Shown piece after piece: positions 16,938 through 25,536 of a DNA stretch of 64,000 nucleotides (within the stretch, counting starts at the first letter, position 1; every line of letters begins with the position of its first letter). Source of the DNA: Acidimicrobiales bacterium (GTDB lineage Bacteria > Actinomycetota > Acidimicrobiia > Acidimicrobiales > WLNW01); NCBI GenBank assembly GCA_039934635.1, contig JBDTLT010000009.1, positions 6,697 to 70,696 on the forward strand, given 5' to 3'. A model generated the notes under the pieces. The model saw only the letters and a program-made list of their open reading frames with translations. It ran no database searches and had not been told where the DNA came from. Position numbers and translations under genes: made by a program.

Positions 16938-19256
16938 TCAGCGGCGCCACACGCGCAGGCGACCGTCGTCGCCCTCGCCGTTGATGGCGCGCCACACCTT
17001 TTCGGCGGTGCAGGGCATGTCGATGTGGCGCACCCCGAGGTGCGCGACTGCGTCGAGTACGGCGTTGTGCACCGCGGCGGTCGAACCGATCGTCCCTGAT
17101 TCGCCGATGCCCTTTGCGCCGAGCGGGTTGATGTGCGTCGGCGTGACCGTGTGATCGAGGGTGAACGACGGCAATTCGGCCGCGCTCACAAACGCGTAGT
17201 CGGCGAGGTTGCTCGTCAGCAGGTTGCCGAACTCGTCGTAGACGACTTCTTCGAGCAATGCCTGTGCCGCGCCCTGTGCGATGCCACCGTGCACCTGACC
17301 GTCGGCGAGCAACGGATTGATGATGGTGCCGCAATCATCGACGGCCGTGTGATCGATGAGCGTCACCTGACCGGTGTCGCGGTCGATGTCGACCACGGCG
17401 ACGTGCGCGCCGAACGGGAACGTCGAGTCGGGTCGCTCCCAGTCGATTTCGACGAACAGGCCGGTGCGCAAACCGTCGTCTTGTGGCGAAGCCGCAGCGT
17501 GCGCCTGCGCCTGCGCGTGTGAGGCGGCCTGCGCCCACGTGACGCGCTGTGAAGGCACGCCGGCCACGGCAAAACCACTGGCGTCGTGCACGATGTCGAC
17601 CGCGGCGGCCTCGAGTATGTCCGCCGCGAGCAGCTTGGCCTTTTCGACGACCTGCCCGCAGGCCACGTGGATGGCGGTTCCGCCCACTTGCACCGAACGC
17701 GACGAGTAGGTGCCGACGCCGCGAGCGACCTTGTCGGTGTCGCCGTCGATGATGGTGATGTCGGCGAAGGGAATGCCCAACGCGTCCGCTGCGATCTGGC
17801 TGTAGGTCGTCTTGTGACCCTGACCGTGCGAAAACGTTCCGACTTTGATGGTGGCCTTGCCGTCGGCATCGATCTCGACGTCGGCGAACTCGGTCGGTCC
17901 CGCGCCGGCAGTGACCTCGACGTAGACCGCCACGCCGACGCCAAGGAGGTGGCGGTCGTCGCGGGCGCGTCGCTCGGCTTGCTCACGTCGGCGCTCGGCA
18001 TAACCCGAGAGCGTGAGCACACGATCGAGCGCCGCGTGATAGTCGCCGGTGTCGTACACCGCGCCGGTCGGTGTTGTGTAAGGGAACCGGTCTTTGGCGA
18101 TGAAGTTGCGCCGACGGATCTCGATCGGATCAAGTTCGAGCTCGCCGGCGAGCACGTCGAGGGCCCGTTCCACGAGACACGCGGCTTCGGGGCGACCGGC
18201 ACCACGATACGCAGTCGGCGGCGCGGTGTTCGTGGCGACTGCGATCGCCGACGATGTCGCGCGCGGCACGGCGTAGACACCCGCGAGCATGCGTCCGGTC
18301 AACGTCACCAGGTACGCATTGACCGCGGGGTAGGCACCACCATCGCCGAGCAGATCGGCGTGGATCGCGGTCAAGATGCCGTCGCGCGTTGCCGCCATGC
18401 GTACGCGTTGTCGTTGGCCGCGGCCATGGACCGCCAACATGTTCTCGGTTCGCGTCTGACGCCACCGCACGGGGCGTTGCAGTTGGCGGGCCAACGAGCA
18501 CGCGATGACGTACTCGGCTTCGGGGACCGACTTCGCGCCGAACCCGCCACCGACCGCGGGTGCGATCACGTGCACCTTGTCCTTCGCCAGCCCGAGCAAC
18601 GACGCGAGACCGTCGCGTACCGCGTGCGGTGACTGCGTCGACACGTAGACGGTGAGTTGGTCGCCGTCGGGGATCGCGAGGATGTTGTTCGATTCGAGGG
18701 GCGCCACCGCGACCCGCTGGTTGTCGAACCACACGTCGACGACGATGTCGGCGCCCTCAGTGAGATCGGCGGGCTCGAACTCGCCCAACCGCAAAACCTC
18801 ATTGGAGGCGAGGTCGGCGAAGAGCCTCGGCGCGTCGCTTTCGATCGCCCGCTCGACATCGACCACGGCGTCGAGTGGCTCGTAGTCGACGACTACGGCT
18901 TCGACCGCGTCGACCGCCAACGTTTGCGACTCGGCCGCCACGACCGCGATGGGTTCACCGATGAAACGGGTGAATCCATTGGCGAGCGGCGGACGAAGCG
19001 CCGCCGCGGGTACCGGCACCGGAGAAAATCCGGGGATGAACGACACGTCGTCGTAGAGGAGCACTGCGTGCACACCGGCCATCTCGCGGGCGGCGTCGAC
19101 ATCGACGGACACGAGGCGGGCGTGCGCCACGTTGGAACGTACGAACGCCAACTCGAGGGCGGGGGTCTCGGTGACGATGTCGCCGACATAGCGCGCTGCA
19201 CCGCGCACGAGTTGAGGATCTTCGATACGACGGATGCGTTGTCCGATGAGCGCCAT
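16938..19256 (-). CDS. Molybdopterin-dependent oxidoreductase, xanthine dehydrogenase/CoxL-like large subunit (form-II type loop AYRGAGR)
   Basis: [26 protein letters not shown] is followed by ...[14 protein letters not shown]...[13 protein letters not shown]. The start is placed at the ATG at 19256; a GTG at 19277 is an alternative. Confidence 0.88.
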   Translation of the reverse strand: MALIGQRIRRIEDPQLVRGAARYVGDIVTETPALELAFVRSNVAHARLVSVDVDAAREMAGVHAVLLYDDVSFIPGFSPVPVPAAALRPPLANGFTRFIGEPIAVVAAESQTLAVDAVEAVVVDYEPLDAVVDVERAIESDAPRLFADLASNEVLRLGEFEPADLTEGADIVVDVWFDNQRVAVAPLESNNILAIPDGDQLTVYVSTQSPHAVRDGLASLLGLAKDKVHVIAPAVGGGFGAKSVPEAEYVIACSLARQLQRPVRWRQTRTENMLAVHGRGQRQRVRMAATRDGILTAIHADLLGDGGAYPAVNAYLVTLTGRMLAGVYAVPRATSSAIAVATNTAPPTAYRGAGRPEAACLVERALDVLAGELELDPIEIRRRNFIAKDRFPYTTPTGAVYDTGDYHAALDRVLTLSGYAERRREQAERRARDDRHLLGVGVAVYVEVTAGAGPTEFADVEIDADGKATIKVGTFSHGQGHKTTYSQIAADALGIPFADITIIDGDTDKVARGVGTYSSRSVQVGGTAIHVACGQVVEKAKLLAADILEAAAVDIVHDASGFAVAGVPSQRVTWAQAASHAQAQAHAAASPQDDGLRTGLFVEIDWERPDSTFPFGAHVAVVDIDRDTGQVTLIDHTAVDDCGTIINPLLADGQVHGGIAQGAAQALLEEVVYDEFGNLLTSNLADYAFVSAAELPSFTLDHTVTPTHINPLGAKGIGESGTIGSTAAVHNAVLDAVAHLGVRHIDMPCTAEKVWRAINGEGDDGRLRVWRR

Positions 19257-19306
19257 GAACCCATGGTCGCACACCACCCACGCGTGGTGGGTACTGGCCT
19301 TCTGCG

Positions 19307-20077
19307 TCAGTCGAGCAAGCGCGGATCGTCTCGCAGTTCTTGGCGAACCATCGCTTCCCAGAACCCGATGAAGTTATCGCCTTGTGACGCAGCCATACGC
19401 TCGACGTAGGACGGCGGCAGCGCCGGGACCAGCGGATTTCCGGCGGCACGAATATGCCATCCGTGCTTGCACCGTTGTTCGAGCGCAACCGCCCGTTGAT
19501 GCACGGCCCGCGCACTGTTGCCGAGCACGAACACACCATGGCCGGCGAGTAGCGCGATCTCCGCGGACCCCATCTTTTCGACGGCCTTGCGCGCCGAGCT
19601 CGCGTCGTTGACCGCGCCGTCGTATTCGTCGACCAACACGAGCTGGCCGCCACCCAGTGACGAACTCTGATCCATCGCCGGCGGGACCTCGCCCATGTCG
19701 GCCCATACCGTGCCGAAGACGGGATGGTTGTGCATCGCCCAATGGACGCCGGGCCGCAGCTTGTGCAATTGCAGGTGCAACGGGATACCGGGCGGCACCG
19801 GCCAATCGCCTTCGATGACATTGCCTTCGAGATCTATGCGAATCACGTCGTGCGCACGGAACTCGTTCCACAACAGGTGCCACGGATTGCACAACAGAGT
19901 GCCGTCACCGAGGTTGAAGGTGATGTGCCCGGCAAGGTGATCGTTGTAGCCCTCGCGCCAGAGGGTGCGGGCCAACAACACGATCTCTTCGCGTGGCGAG
20001 AGATCGGGCATCAGCTTCTCGGAGGTGGGCTGGAACGACATCATGTCCCCCATCGTTCGGAATCCTTCATCATACAA
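19307..20077 (-). CDS. Class II aldolase/adducin-domain protein
   Basis: LARTLWREGYNDHLAGHITF, WAMHNHP and LLAGHGVFVLG are present. The exact start is uncertain; internal ATGs at 20053 and 20044 are possible. Confidence 0.8.
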   Translation of the reverse strand: MYDEGFRTMGDMMSFQPTSEKLMPDLSPREEIVLLARTLWREGYNDHLAGHITFNLGDGTLLCNPWHLLWNEFRAHDVIRIDLEGNVIEGDWPVPPGIPLHLQLHKLRPGVHWAMHNHPVFGTVWADMGEVPPAMDQSSSLGGGQLVLVDEYDGAVNDASSARKAVEKMGSAEIALLAGHGVFVLGNSARAVHQRAVALEQRCKHGWHIRAAGNPLVPALPPSYVERMAASQGDNFIGFWEAMVRQELRDDPRLLD

Positions 20078-20097
20078 TTTTCGCTTACTCTGGCCGT

Positions 20098-20925
20098 ATG
20101 CCGAATGCCGTACTCACTGTTCGTCCTGCTGCAGGCGCCCTCGGTGCCGTTGTGGAAGGAGCCGATCTGAGCCGACCCCTCGGCCCCGACGGGGTCGACC
20201 AACTGCACCAGTTGCTGCTCGAGCACCTCGTCTTGTTCTTCCCCGGCCAAGACCTCGACGACGACCAACACCTGCAGTTCTCGCTCCAATTCGGCGACTA
20301 CTACACCCATCCCATCGCGCGGGCCGCGAACCTCGGCGCCCGGGTCGGTCACATCGTCGACGACGTCGACCACCCGCCGTTTCAGGACGAGTACCACACC
20401 GACGTCAGCTGGGACTCGGTGCCGCCGACCTTCGGGGTCCTGCGCATGATCGACCGCCCGGCGCGTGGCGGCGACACGATATTCGCCAACATGTACACCG
20501 CCTACGACCGGCTTTCCGACACGATGAAGGGATGCGTCGACGGTCTGACGGCCTGGCACGACATGGGCGAGGGCAAAGCCTTTCGTAGCAAGTCGGGCAA
20601 CTCTGCCACCGACATGGCGGCCGAGCTACAACCCGGTGCCGAGCATCCGGTTGTCGGCGTGCATCCGGTGACCGGCCGGCGCTATCTCTACGTCAACCGC
20701 GGGTTCACCCGGCGCATCTGCGGTATGCACAAGAACGAAAGCGATGCGCTCGTGCGCTGCCTCGCCGACCACGCCATCAACCCCAACTTTCAGGTGCGCT
20801 GGAATTGGACGGTCGGCGACGTGGTCTTGTGGGACGAACGTTGCACCCAACACTTCGCGGTGGCCGATCACTACCCGCAGCGGCGAGAGACCGCTCGCGT
20901 CAACGTCACGTCGCCGACGCTCTGA
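20098..20925 (+). CDS. TauD/TfdA-family Fe(II)/2-oxoglutarate dioxygenase
   Basis: I trimmed ORF 19993..20925 to the ATG at 20098. The facial-triad HxD is in YHTDVSW, followed by GGDTIFANM and a distal His region (QHFAVADH). Confidence 0.85.
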   Translation: MPNAVLTVRPAAGALGAVVEGADLSRPLGPDGVDQLHQLLLEHLVLFFPGQDLDDDQHLQFSLQFGDYYTHPIARAANLGARVGHIVDDVDHPPFQDEYHTDVSWDSVPPTFGVLRMIDRPARGGDTIFANMYTAYDRLSDTMKGCVDGLTAWHDMGEGKAFRSKSGNSATDMAAELQPGAEHPVVGVHPVTGRRYLYVNRGFTRRICGMHKNESDALVRCLADHAINPNFQVRWNWTVGDVVLWDERCTQHFAVADHYPQRRETARVNVTSPTL

Positions 20926-20928
20926 GTC

Positions 20929-22128
20929 TCAGGGACTCGGTACACCGAGCAACAGAACCCGCGACGATCCGTTCGCCCACAACCCATCGGCCGATGGCCC
21001 GGTTGCGTCGCGGTTCGTACCGGTCAGATCGAACGCCGTCGTAACCGTTCCTCGCGTCACGTCGACCAGCGCCAGGCCGTCCGCGCTGATCGCCTTCGCC
21101 GACGACGCGACATAACGCAGGTAGACGAGATTGTTCACCGCGCCGGCGACAGAGGCGGATGCGAAGTCGGCCGGCAGCATCGTCTTCGCGCCGGTTGTGC
21201 CCACGAGCGCGAGCGGCTTCGCGGCTTCGACCTTGAAGCCGTCGACCGTCGTGGGGGCCGGCGCCTCCTTCATCGTCAATTGCAGCGTCGGATCGGTTGC
21301 GCCCGCCTCGAGTCGCACGAACACACCGGTCCGCTCGCTCTTCGGACGTTGGAGATCGACCAGGTATCCGTCGTCGAGCGCCGATGCATTGACCATGCGG
21401 TTGGTCGCACCGATGTCGATGGCCTCGTCCACGAACCGGAACGTCGTCAGGTCGACCGTGCGCCGGACGATGTACGGGATGCGGTCACCGTCCACCGCGC
21501 CGTCGGCGAACAAGAAGCTGAAGCGATGATCGTCCACGACCTGAAGGCTGTTGGTGAAGAGCGAATGCGACGAATCGATCGCGCTGGTCGTGTAGTAGTT
21601 CTTGCCCTTCGTGTCGTAGCTCTCGATCAGCACATCGGTGCCGACACCCTCTCGCGCGTCGTCGCCGACGTCGGCCGTCGACGCGCGCAAGGCAACGACC
21701 CAACCTGACCCGACGGCGACATGCGGCACGCCGGCGGTCGCGATCGGTCTCCACGAGGGGTCGCGGCCGACTTCCTCGACCGTCCACCCCTTGTTGACGC
21801 GCAGGTACTTCGCCGCGTCGTCTTCCATCGCGACGACGAACGGACCGCTGGTGCCATTCGTGATCGCGAGCAACACGCCGTTTTGGTTCGTGGCGGTTAC
21901 CGAACCGGCTTTGAGCGCTTCGAAGCTGCTCGACGATTTCAGCGGGACGTAGTGGCCCTTGTCGTCCCCGTCGAGGATCGGCGAGCCCAGTTCACCGCCG
22001 GGCGCCGCCGTCTCGATCGAAGGCCCCAACGATGTGTGCGCCGGATCGCCCGAGGACTCGGCCTTCTTGCCCGAACAGGCGCCGACCACGAAAACCAGTG
22101 CCATCACTGCGGCCAGTGCCCGTTTCAT
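20929..22128 (-). CDS. Lipoprotein of unknown function, 399 aa
   Basis: The signal and lipobox are MKRALAAVMALVFVVGAC. The composition looks beta-rich. It is the last gene of the minus-strand cluster 25444->20929. Confidence 0.75.
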   Translation of the reverse strand: MKRALAAVMALVFVVGACSGKKAESSGDPAHTSLGPSIETAAPGGELGSPILDGDDKGHYVPLKSSSSFEALKAGSVTATNQNGVLLAITNGTSGPFVVAMEDDAAKYLRVNKGWTVEEVGRDPSWRPIATAGVPHVAVGSGWVVALRASTADVGDDAREGVGTDVLIESYDTKGKNYYTTSAIDSSHSLFTNSLQVVDDHRFSFLFADGAVDGDRIPYIVRRTVDLTTFRFVDEAIDIGATNRMVNASALDDGYLVDLQRPKSERTGVFVRLEAGATDPTLQLTMKEAPAPTTVDGFKVEAAKPLALVGTTGAKTMLPADFASASVAGAVNNLVYLRYVASSAKAISADGLALVDVTRGTVTTAFDLTGTNRDATGPSADGLWANGSSRVLLLGVPSP

Positions 22129-22167
22129 CCCCCTCGTATCGGCGCGCGGATGGGTTTGTTTGAGGGA

Positions 22168-23058
22168 TTAGCCGGCGCAGCGGAAGCTCAGGTTGCCCGT
22201 CGTGCTGTCCGGGCTGTTCGAACTGCGGGCGGGCACCCGAAATCGGAAGCAATACGACTCGTGGCACAAGAACGACCCACCCCGCATCACGCGTTGGGTG
22301 CCGTGGGGCGGTCCGGTCGGGTTGCGTCGGGGCCCGTCACGGTGGAATTCGGCGTCGAACCAGTCGTGGCACCACTCCCAGGCGTTGCCCACGACGTTGT
22401 ACAGGCCGTAGCCATTGGGGGCGAAGGTGTCGACCGGCGCCGTGCCGTAATAGCCGTCCTCGACGGTGTTGACGTTCGGGAACGTGCCCTGCCACACGTT
22501 GCACTGATGGCGTCCGTCGACCAACACCTCGTCACCCCACGGGTAGCGCTTGCCCTCGAGGCCGCCGCGCGCGGCGAACTCCCACTCGGCTTCGGTCGGC
22601 AGCCGCAGGCCGACCCACGCGCAATACGCCTGCGCGTCATCCCACGAGACATGCAACACCGGATGATCGAGGCGGTCCGCGAGATCGGACTGCGGGCCTT
22701 CGGGATGGCGCCACTGCGCACCGAAGACCTGACGCCACCATTCGGCCCCCACCACCCCCCGAGTCTCGACGAAGTCGTCGGGCAACAGACCGGCGAACAC
22801 GAACGACCAACCAAACCGCTCGGCGTCGGTGACGTGTCCCGTGGCGTCGACGAACGTCGCGAATTGCCCATTCGTCACCGCGTATCGATCGATGGAGAAC
22901 GCGTCGACCGTCACCCGCCGCGCCGGGCCCTCGCCATCACCCGGATAGTCAGGGCCGCCATCGTTTCCCATGGTGAATTCGCCACCATCGAGGCGCACGA
23001 GTGAGTGGGCGTTGCGGTTGTCGGGCACCGCTCCAGCACAGCCCAGCCGCCACGGCAT
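22168..23058 (-). CDS. Formylglycine-generating enzyme (FGE/SUMF1 family) with the catalytic Cys pair
   Basis: RGGSFLCHESYCFRFRVPARSSNSPDSTTGNLSFRCA is a near-verbatim match to the aerobic FGE active-site segment. AWEWCHDW is also present. The ATG lies 6 nt after the upstream stop. Confidence 0.88.
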   Translation of the reverse strand: MPWRLGCAGAVPDNRNAHSLVRLDGGEFTMGNDGGPDYPGDGEGPARRVTVDAFSIDRYAVTNGQFATFVDATGHVTDAERFGWSFVFAGLLPDDFVETRGVVGAEWWRQVFGAQWRHPEGPQSDLADRLDHPVLHVSWDDAQAYCAWVGLRLPTEAEWEFAARGGLEGKRYPWGDEVLVDGRHQCNVWQGTFPNVNTVEDGYYGTAPVDTFAPNGYGLYNVVGNAWEWCHDWFDAEFHRDGPRRNPTGPPHGTQRVMRGGSFLCHESYCFRFRVPARSSNSPDSTTGNLSFRCAG

Positions 23059-23064
23059 GGCAAC

Positions 23065-24489
23065 TCAGCGAACGTCGAGCGTCTCGACCGTGAACTTGGC
23101 GCCGTTGCCCATCCACTCCATTCCGTACGTGCTCTTGTCCATTCGCCGCAGTGTGGCTTGCTCGATCGTCACCCGGTGGCCCAATAGTTTCTCGAGTGCA
23201 TCGAGCGAGTCGGGCAACTGCAACGGGTTCGTGAGTCCGTCGACGAGTTGCTGCGCCGCGGGATGGGTCTCCGGGTCGCGGAGATCGATGACCGCAGTGT
23301 GGCGTTCGATGTTCTTACCGATCTCGGCGACGATCGTCAGTTCGATGCGCGAGAAGTCGCCGGTGGCGGTATCGCGAACCAGGCCGACCTTCAGCTCGGC
23401 TCCGGCGAGCTTGGAGAGATCGAGCCCGAACAAGCGGTACGTGATCGGCGTCGCGACCTCGCCCCTGACGTCCATGTAGTAGGTCTTTTGATCCGGGCGT
23501 TGTTCGACGCCCACAACCGCGCGCCCGTTGAGCGAGACGCCCACTTTGCCCTTGACGGGGATCTTCTTCACCAACGACGCCAACGGTCCCAACGGACCGA
23601 GCGGGTTCAACCCCGCGCCCGCGCTGACGCCCGCGGTGACGCCGCCTTCGGTGAACTGGCTCAAGGGTTGCGGCCTCGTCCAGTTGAGCCGCTTGCGCAG
23701 CGCCGTGATGGCGTCATGCGCTTTCCACAGCGGCAGGTGGTCGACGACGCCGACCACTTTCTTGGTGATGCCCGTGACCGCACCCGGCTGGCCGAGAACA
23801 CCCGGCAATGTGAAGCGACGCGCCGCGAAGTCGAGCAGATCGCTGGCCATGAACTCGTCGAGCTCGTCGGCACCGATCTCGTAGGTCGTGCCGTGGGCCA
23901 AGAGCACCTCGATCCACGCCTTTGCCGAGGCTCCCGTTGTCGTCGTCGACTTGCCGGTGTGGAATTCGCTGTCCATGCCGCCGCTCGACGCGAGGCCGAA
24001 AGCTCCCTCCTCGATGCGCGTCACGCGTAGCCGGCCGCTGTGCAGGTGTTCGACCCGCACCATGTAGGACGCGTCGAGCTTGAGACCGGTAACCGCCAAG
24101 AGCGGGATGTACACGCCCGCGGCCACGGTGTACAGCTTGATCGACTCTACGGGATCACACGGCGAGTCGAAGCCCAACGCAGTCGAGGCACCCAACCGAC
24201 ACGCCGCGGCATCGATGGTCACGGAACGCGCCACGCTCAGCAATGACGTCTGCAGCGCGAGGTCGAGAACCAGCCCTTGTGCCGTGTCGGCGCGGCCGCG
24301 CAAGACCGCTCCGGTTTGCACGAGTTCGCCGGCAAGGCCCCGCATGATCTCGGGCATCGATGACGCGAGTTCACTGTCGAAGACCGCCCGGCCGATGTCG
24401 AGTGCGAGAACATCCGCAAGGTCGGCCGTAGCGACCAATCGATCGGCGAGAAGGCGCACGCCTTCGGGTTGCATGCCGGTGAAGGCCAC
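23065..24489 (-). CDS. Hypothetical 474-aa protein; helical N-terminal ~100 aa and a beta-rich C-terminal region; candidate secreted effector
   Basis: The N-terminus MAFTGMQPEGVRLLADRLVATADL matches the N-terminal motif of the WXG-like protein two genes upstream. I recognise no catalytic motif, TM segment or signal peptide. Confidence 0.75.
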   Translation of the reverse strand: MAFTGMQPEGVRLLADRLVATADLADVLALDIGRAVFDSELASSMPEIMRGLAGELVQTGAVLRGRADTAQGLVLDLALQTSLLSVARSVTIDAAACRLGASTALGFDSPCDPVESIKLYTVAAGVYIPLLAVTGLKLDASYMVRVEHLHSGRLRVTRIEEGAFGLASSGGMDSEFHTGKSTTTTGASAKAWIEVLLAHGTTYEIGADELDEFMASDLLDFAARRFTLPGVLGQPGAVTGITKKVVGVVDHLPLWKAHDAITALRKRLNWTRPQPLSQFTEGGVTAGVSAGAGLNPLGPLGPLASLVKKIPVKGKVGVSLNGRAVVGVEQRPDQKTYYMDVRGEVATPITYRLFGLDLSKLAGAELKVGLVRDTATGDFSRIELTIVAEIGKNIERHTAVIDLRDPETHPAAQQLVDGLTNPLQLPDSLDALEKLLGHRVTIEQATLRRMDKSTYGMEWMGNGAKFTVETLDVR

Positions 24490-24522
24490 GGTTGTCCAGT
24501 CTCATGATCATCGAATCGGTCA

Positions 24523-24948
24523 TCAGTGCGAATTCGCAGACACCCAGTCGGGCGGAGTCGGCGGGGCCTCAGGTCGTCGCGGGGCCGGCCCGGGTGCCGC
24601 GACGAGATCGGGCATGAGGGCGTGTGCGTCTGCTTGCACCGCCCATCGTCGCCGCTCGCCTTCATACACATCGTTGGCGCTGTCGAATTCGCCCAGCGCC
24701 GCCTGATATGCCGCACACGTCTCGGCACGGCGGCGACACGTCGCCGCGAGATCGCGCAGATCGTCGGCCCGATTGCGCAGCGTGCCCCGCAAGTGGTCGA
24801 ACCACAGGCTCAATTCGATCGTGAGCAGTCCACCTACGAGCACACCTTCGTGGAGTAGATCGTGGGGGCCGAGGAACATCTCGTCGACGAGTACCGCCGA
24901 CCGATCGAACTCGCCGGCCGCGCGTTCGAAGTCACCTTGCGTGGGCAT
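24523..24948 (-). CDS. Hypothetical 141-aa predicted helical protein with a Pro-rich tail
   Basis: The ATG lies 7 nt after the WXG-like gene stop. Codon bias is consistent with its neighbours. I recognise no family. Confidence 0.65.
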   Translation of the reverse strand: MPTQGDFERAAGEFDRSAVLVDEMFLGPHDLLHEGVLVGGLLTIELSLWFDHLRGTLRNRADDLRDLAATCRRRAETCAAYQAALGEFDSANDVYEGERRRWAVQADAHALMPDLVAAPGPAPRRPEAPPTPPDWVSANSH

Positions 24949-24955
24949 CGCGTGA

Positions 24956-25444
24956 TCAGGCGACCGAGAGACCGGTGTTCATCACCATGTCGAGGTTCGC
25001 TCGTTGTCCTTGGACGGCGCTGCTCATGGTCTGCGTCGAACTCTGCGCGTTCACGAGCGAGCTCGCCAACTGCTGTGCGTAGTCCGTCAAGGATGCCGCC
25101 ATCTGATCGATCGCCCGGTGGAAGTCGGCAAACGTTTCTTTCGTCGTCGTCTCGGCCTGTTGCATCGAGGCGTCGAACTGCTGGTAGGCACCACGAAAAC
25201 GCTCGGCATTGGCGCCGGTCCATTGGGCCGACGTCGACGAGGTGCTCGCGGCCCGTACCGACTCGCGCAAGGTGTCCATCTGCGTGGTGATGCGCTGCAG
25301 GGCGGTGGTGGCCGCCGTGCGGACCGACTCGACGACCTGATTGGTGTCGGCGGTCGAGCGGGATTGGCAATCCGCGATGGCGCCCCCGGTGCGGTCGAGT
25401 TGACCGGCGAGCGCGCTGAGATCGTCGAGTTGTGCACCGAGCAT
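24956..25444 (-). CDS. WXG100-like (ESAT-6-like) helical-hairpin protein, enlarged to 162 aa
   Basis: A central SAQ-W-T-G-ANAERFRGAYQQF segment is flanked by long, Q/A/T-rich, helix-prone stretches. An AGAGGA-like SD lies upstream of the ATG. Confidence 0.7.
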   Translation of the reverse strand: MLGAQLDDLSALAGQLDRTGGAIADCQSRSTADTNQVVESVRTAATTALQRITTQMDTLRESVRAASTSSTSAQWTGANAERFRGAYQQFDASMQQAETTTKETFADFHRAIDQMAASLTDYAQQLASSLVNAQSSTQTMSSAVQGQRANLDMVMNTGLSVA

Positions 25445-25536
25445 GAAAGGTCCTCTTTGGTTCGTGGGTCGAAGGATCGCAGTATTGAAGATACTGAAAT
25501 AGATTGAAATGACATGAAGATTCTCGCCGAGAGTGG

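Noticed and set aside
20929-25444. I searched the WXG-like, 141-aa, 474-aa and lipoprotein products for an FGE substrate motif ((C/S)-x-(P/A)-x-R).
   Set aside because: None was found. The closest is C-D-P-V-E in the 474-aa protein, so I make no claim that these are FGE substrates.
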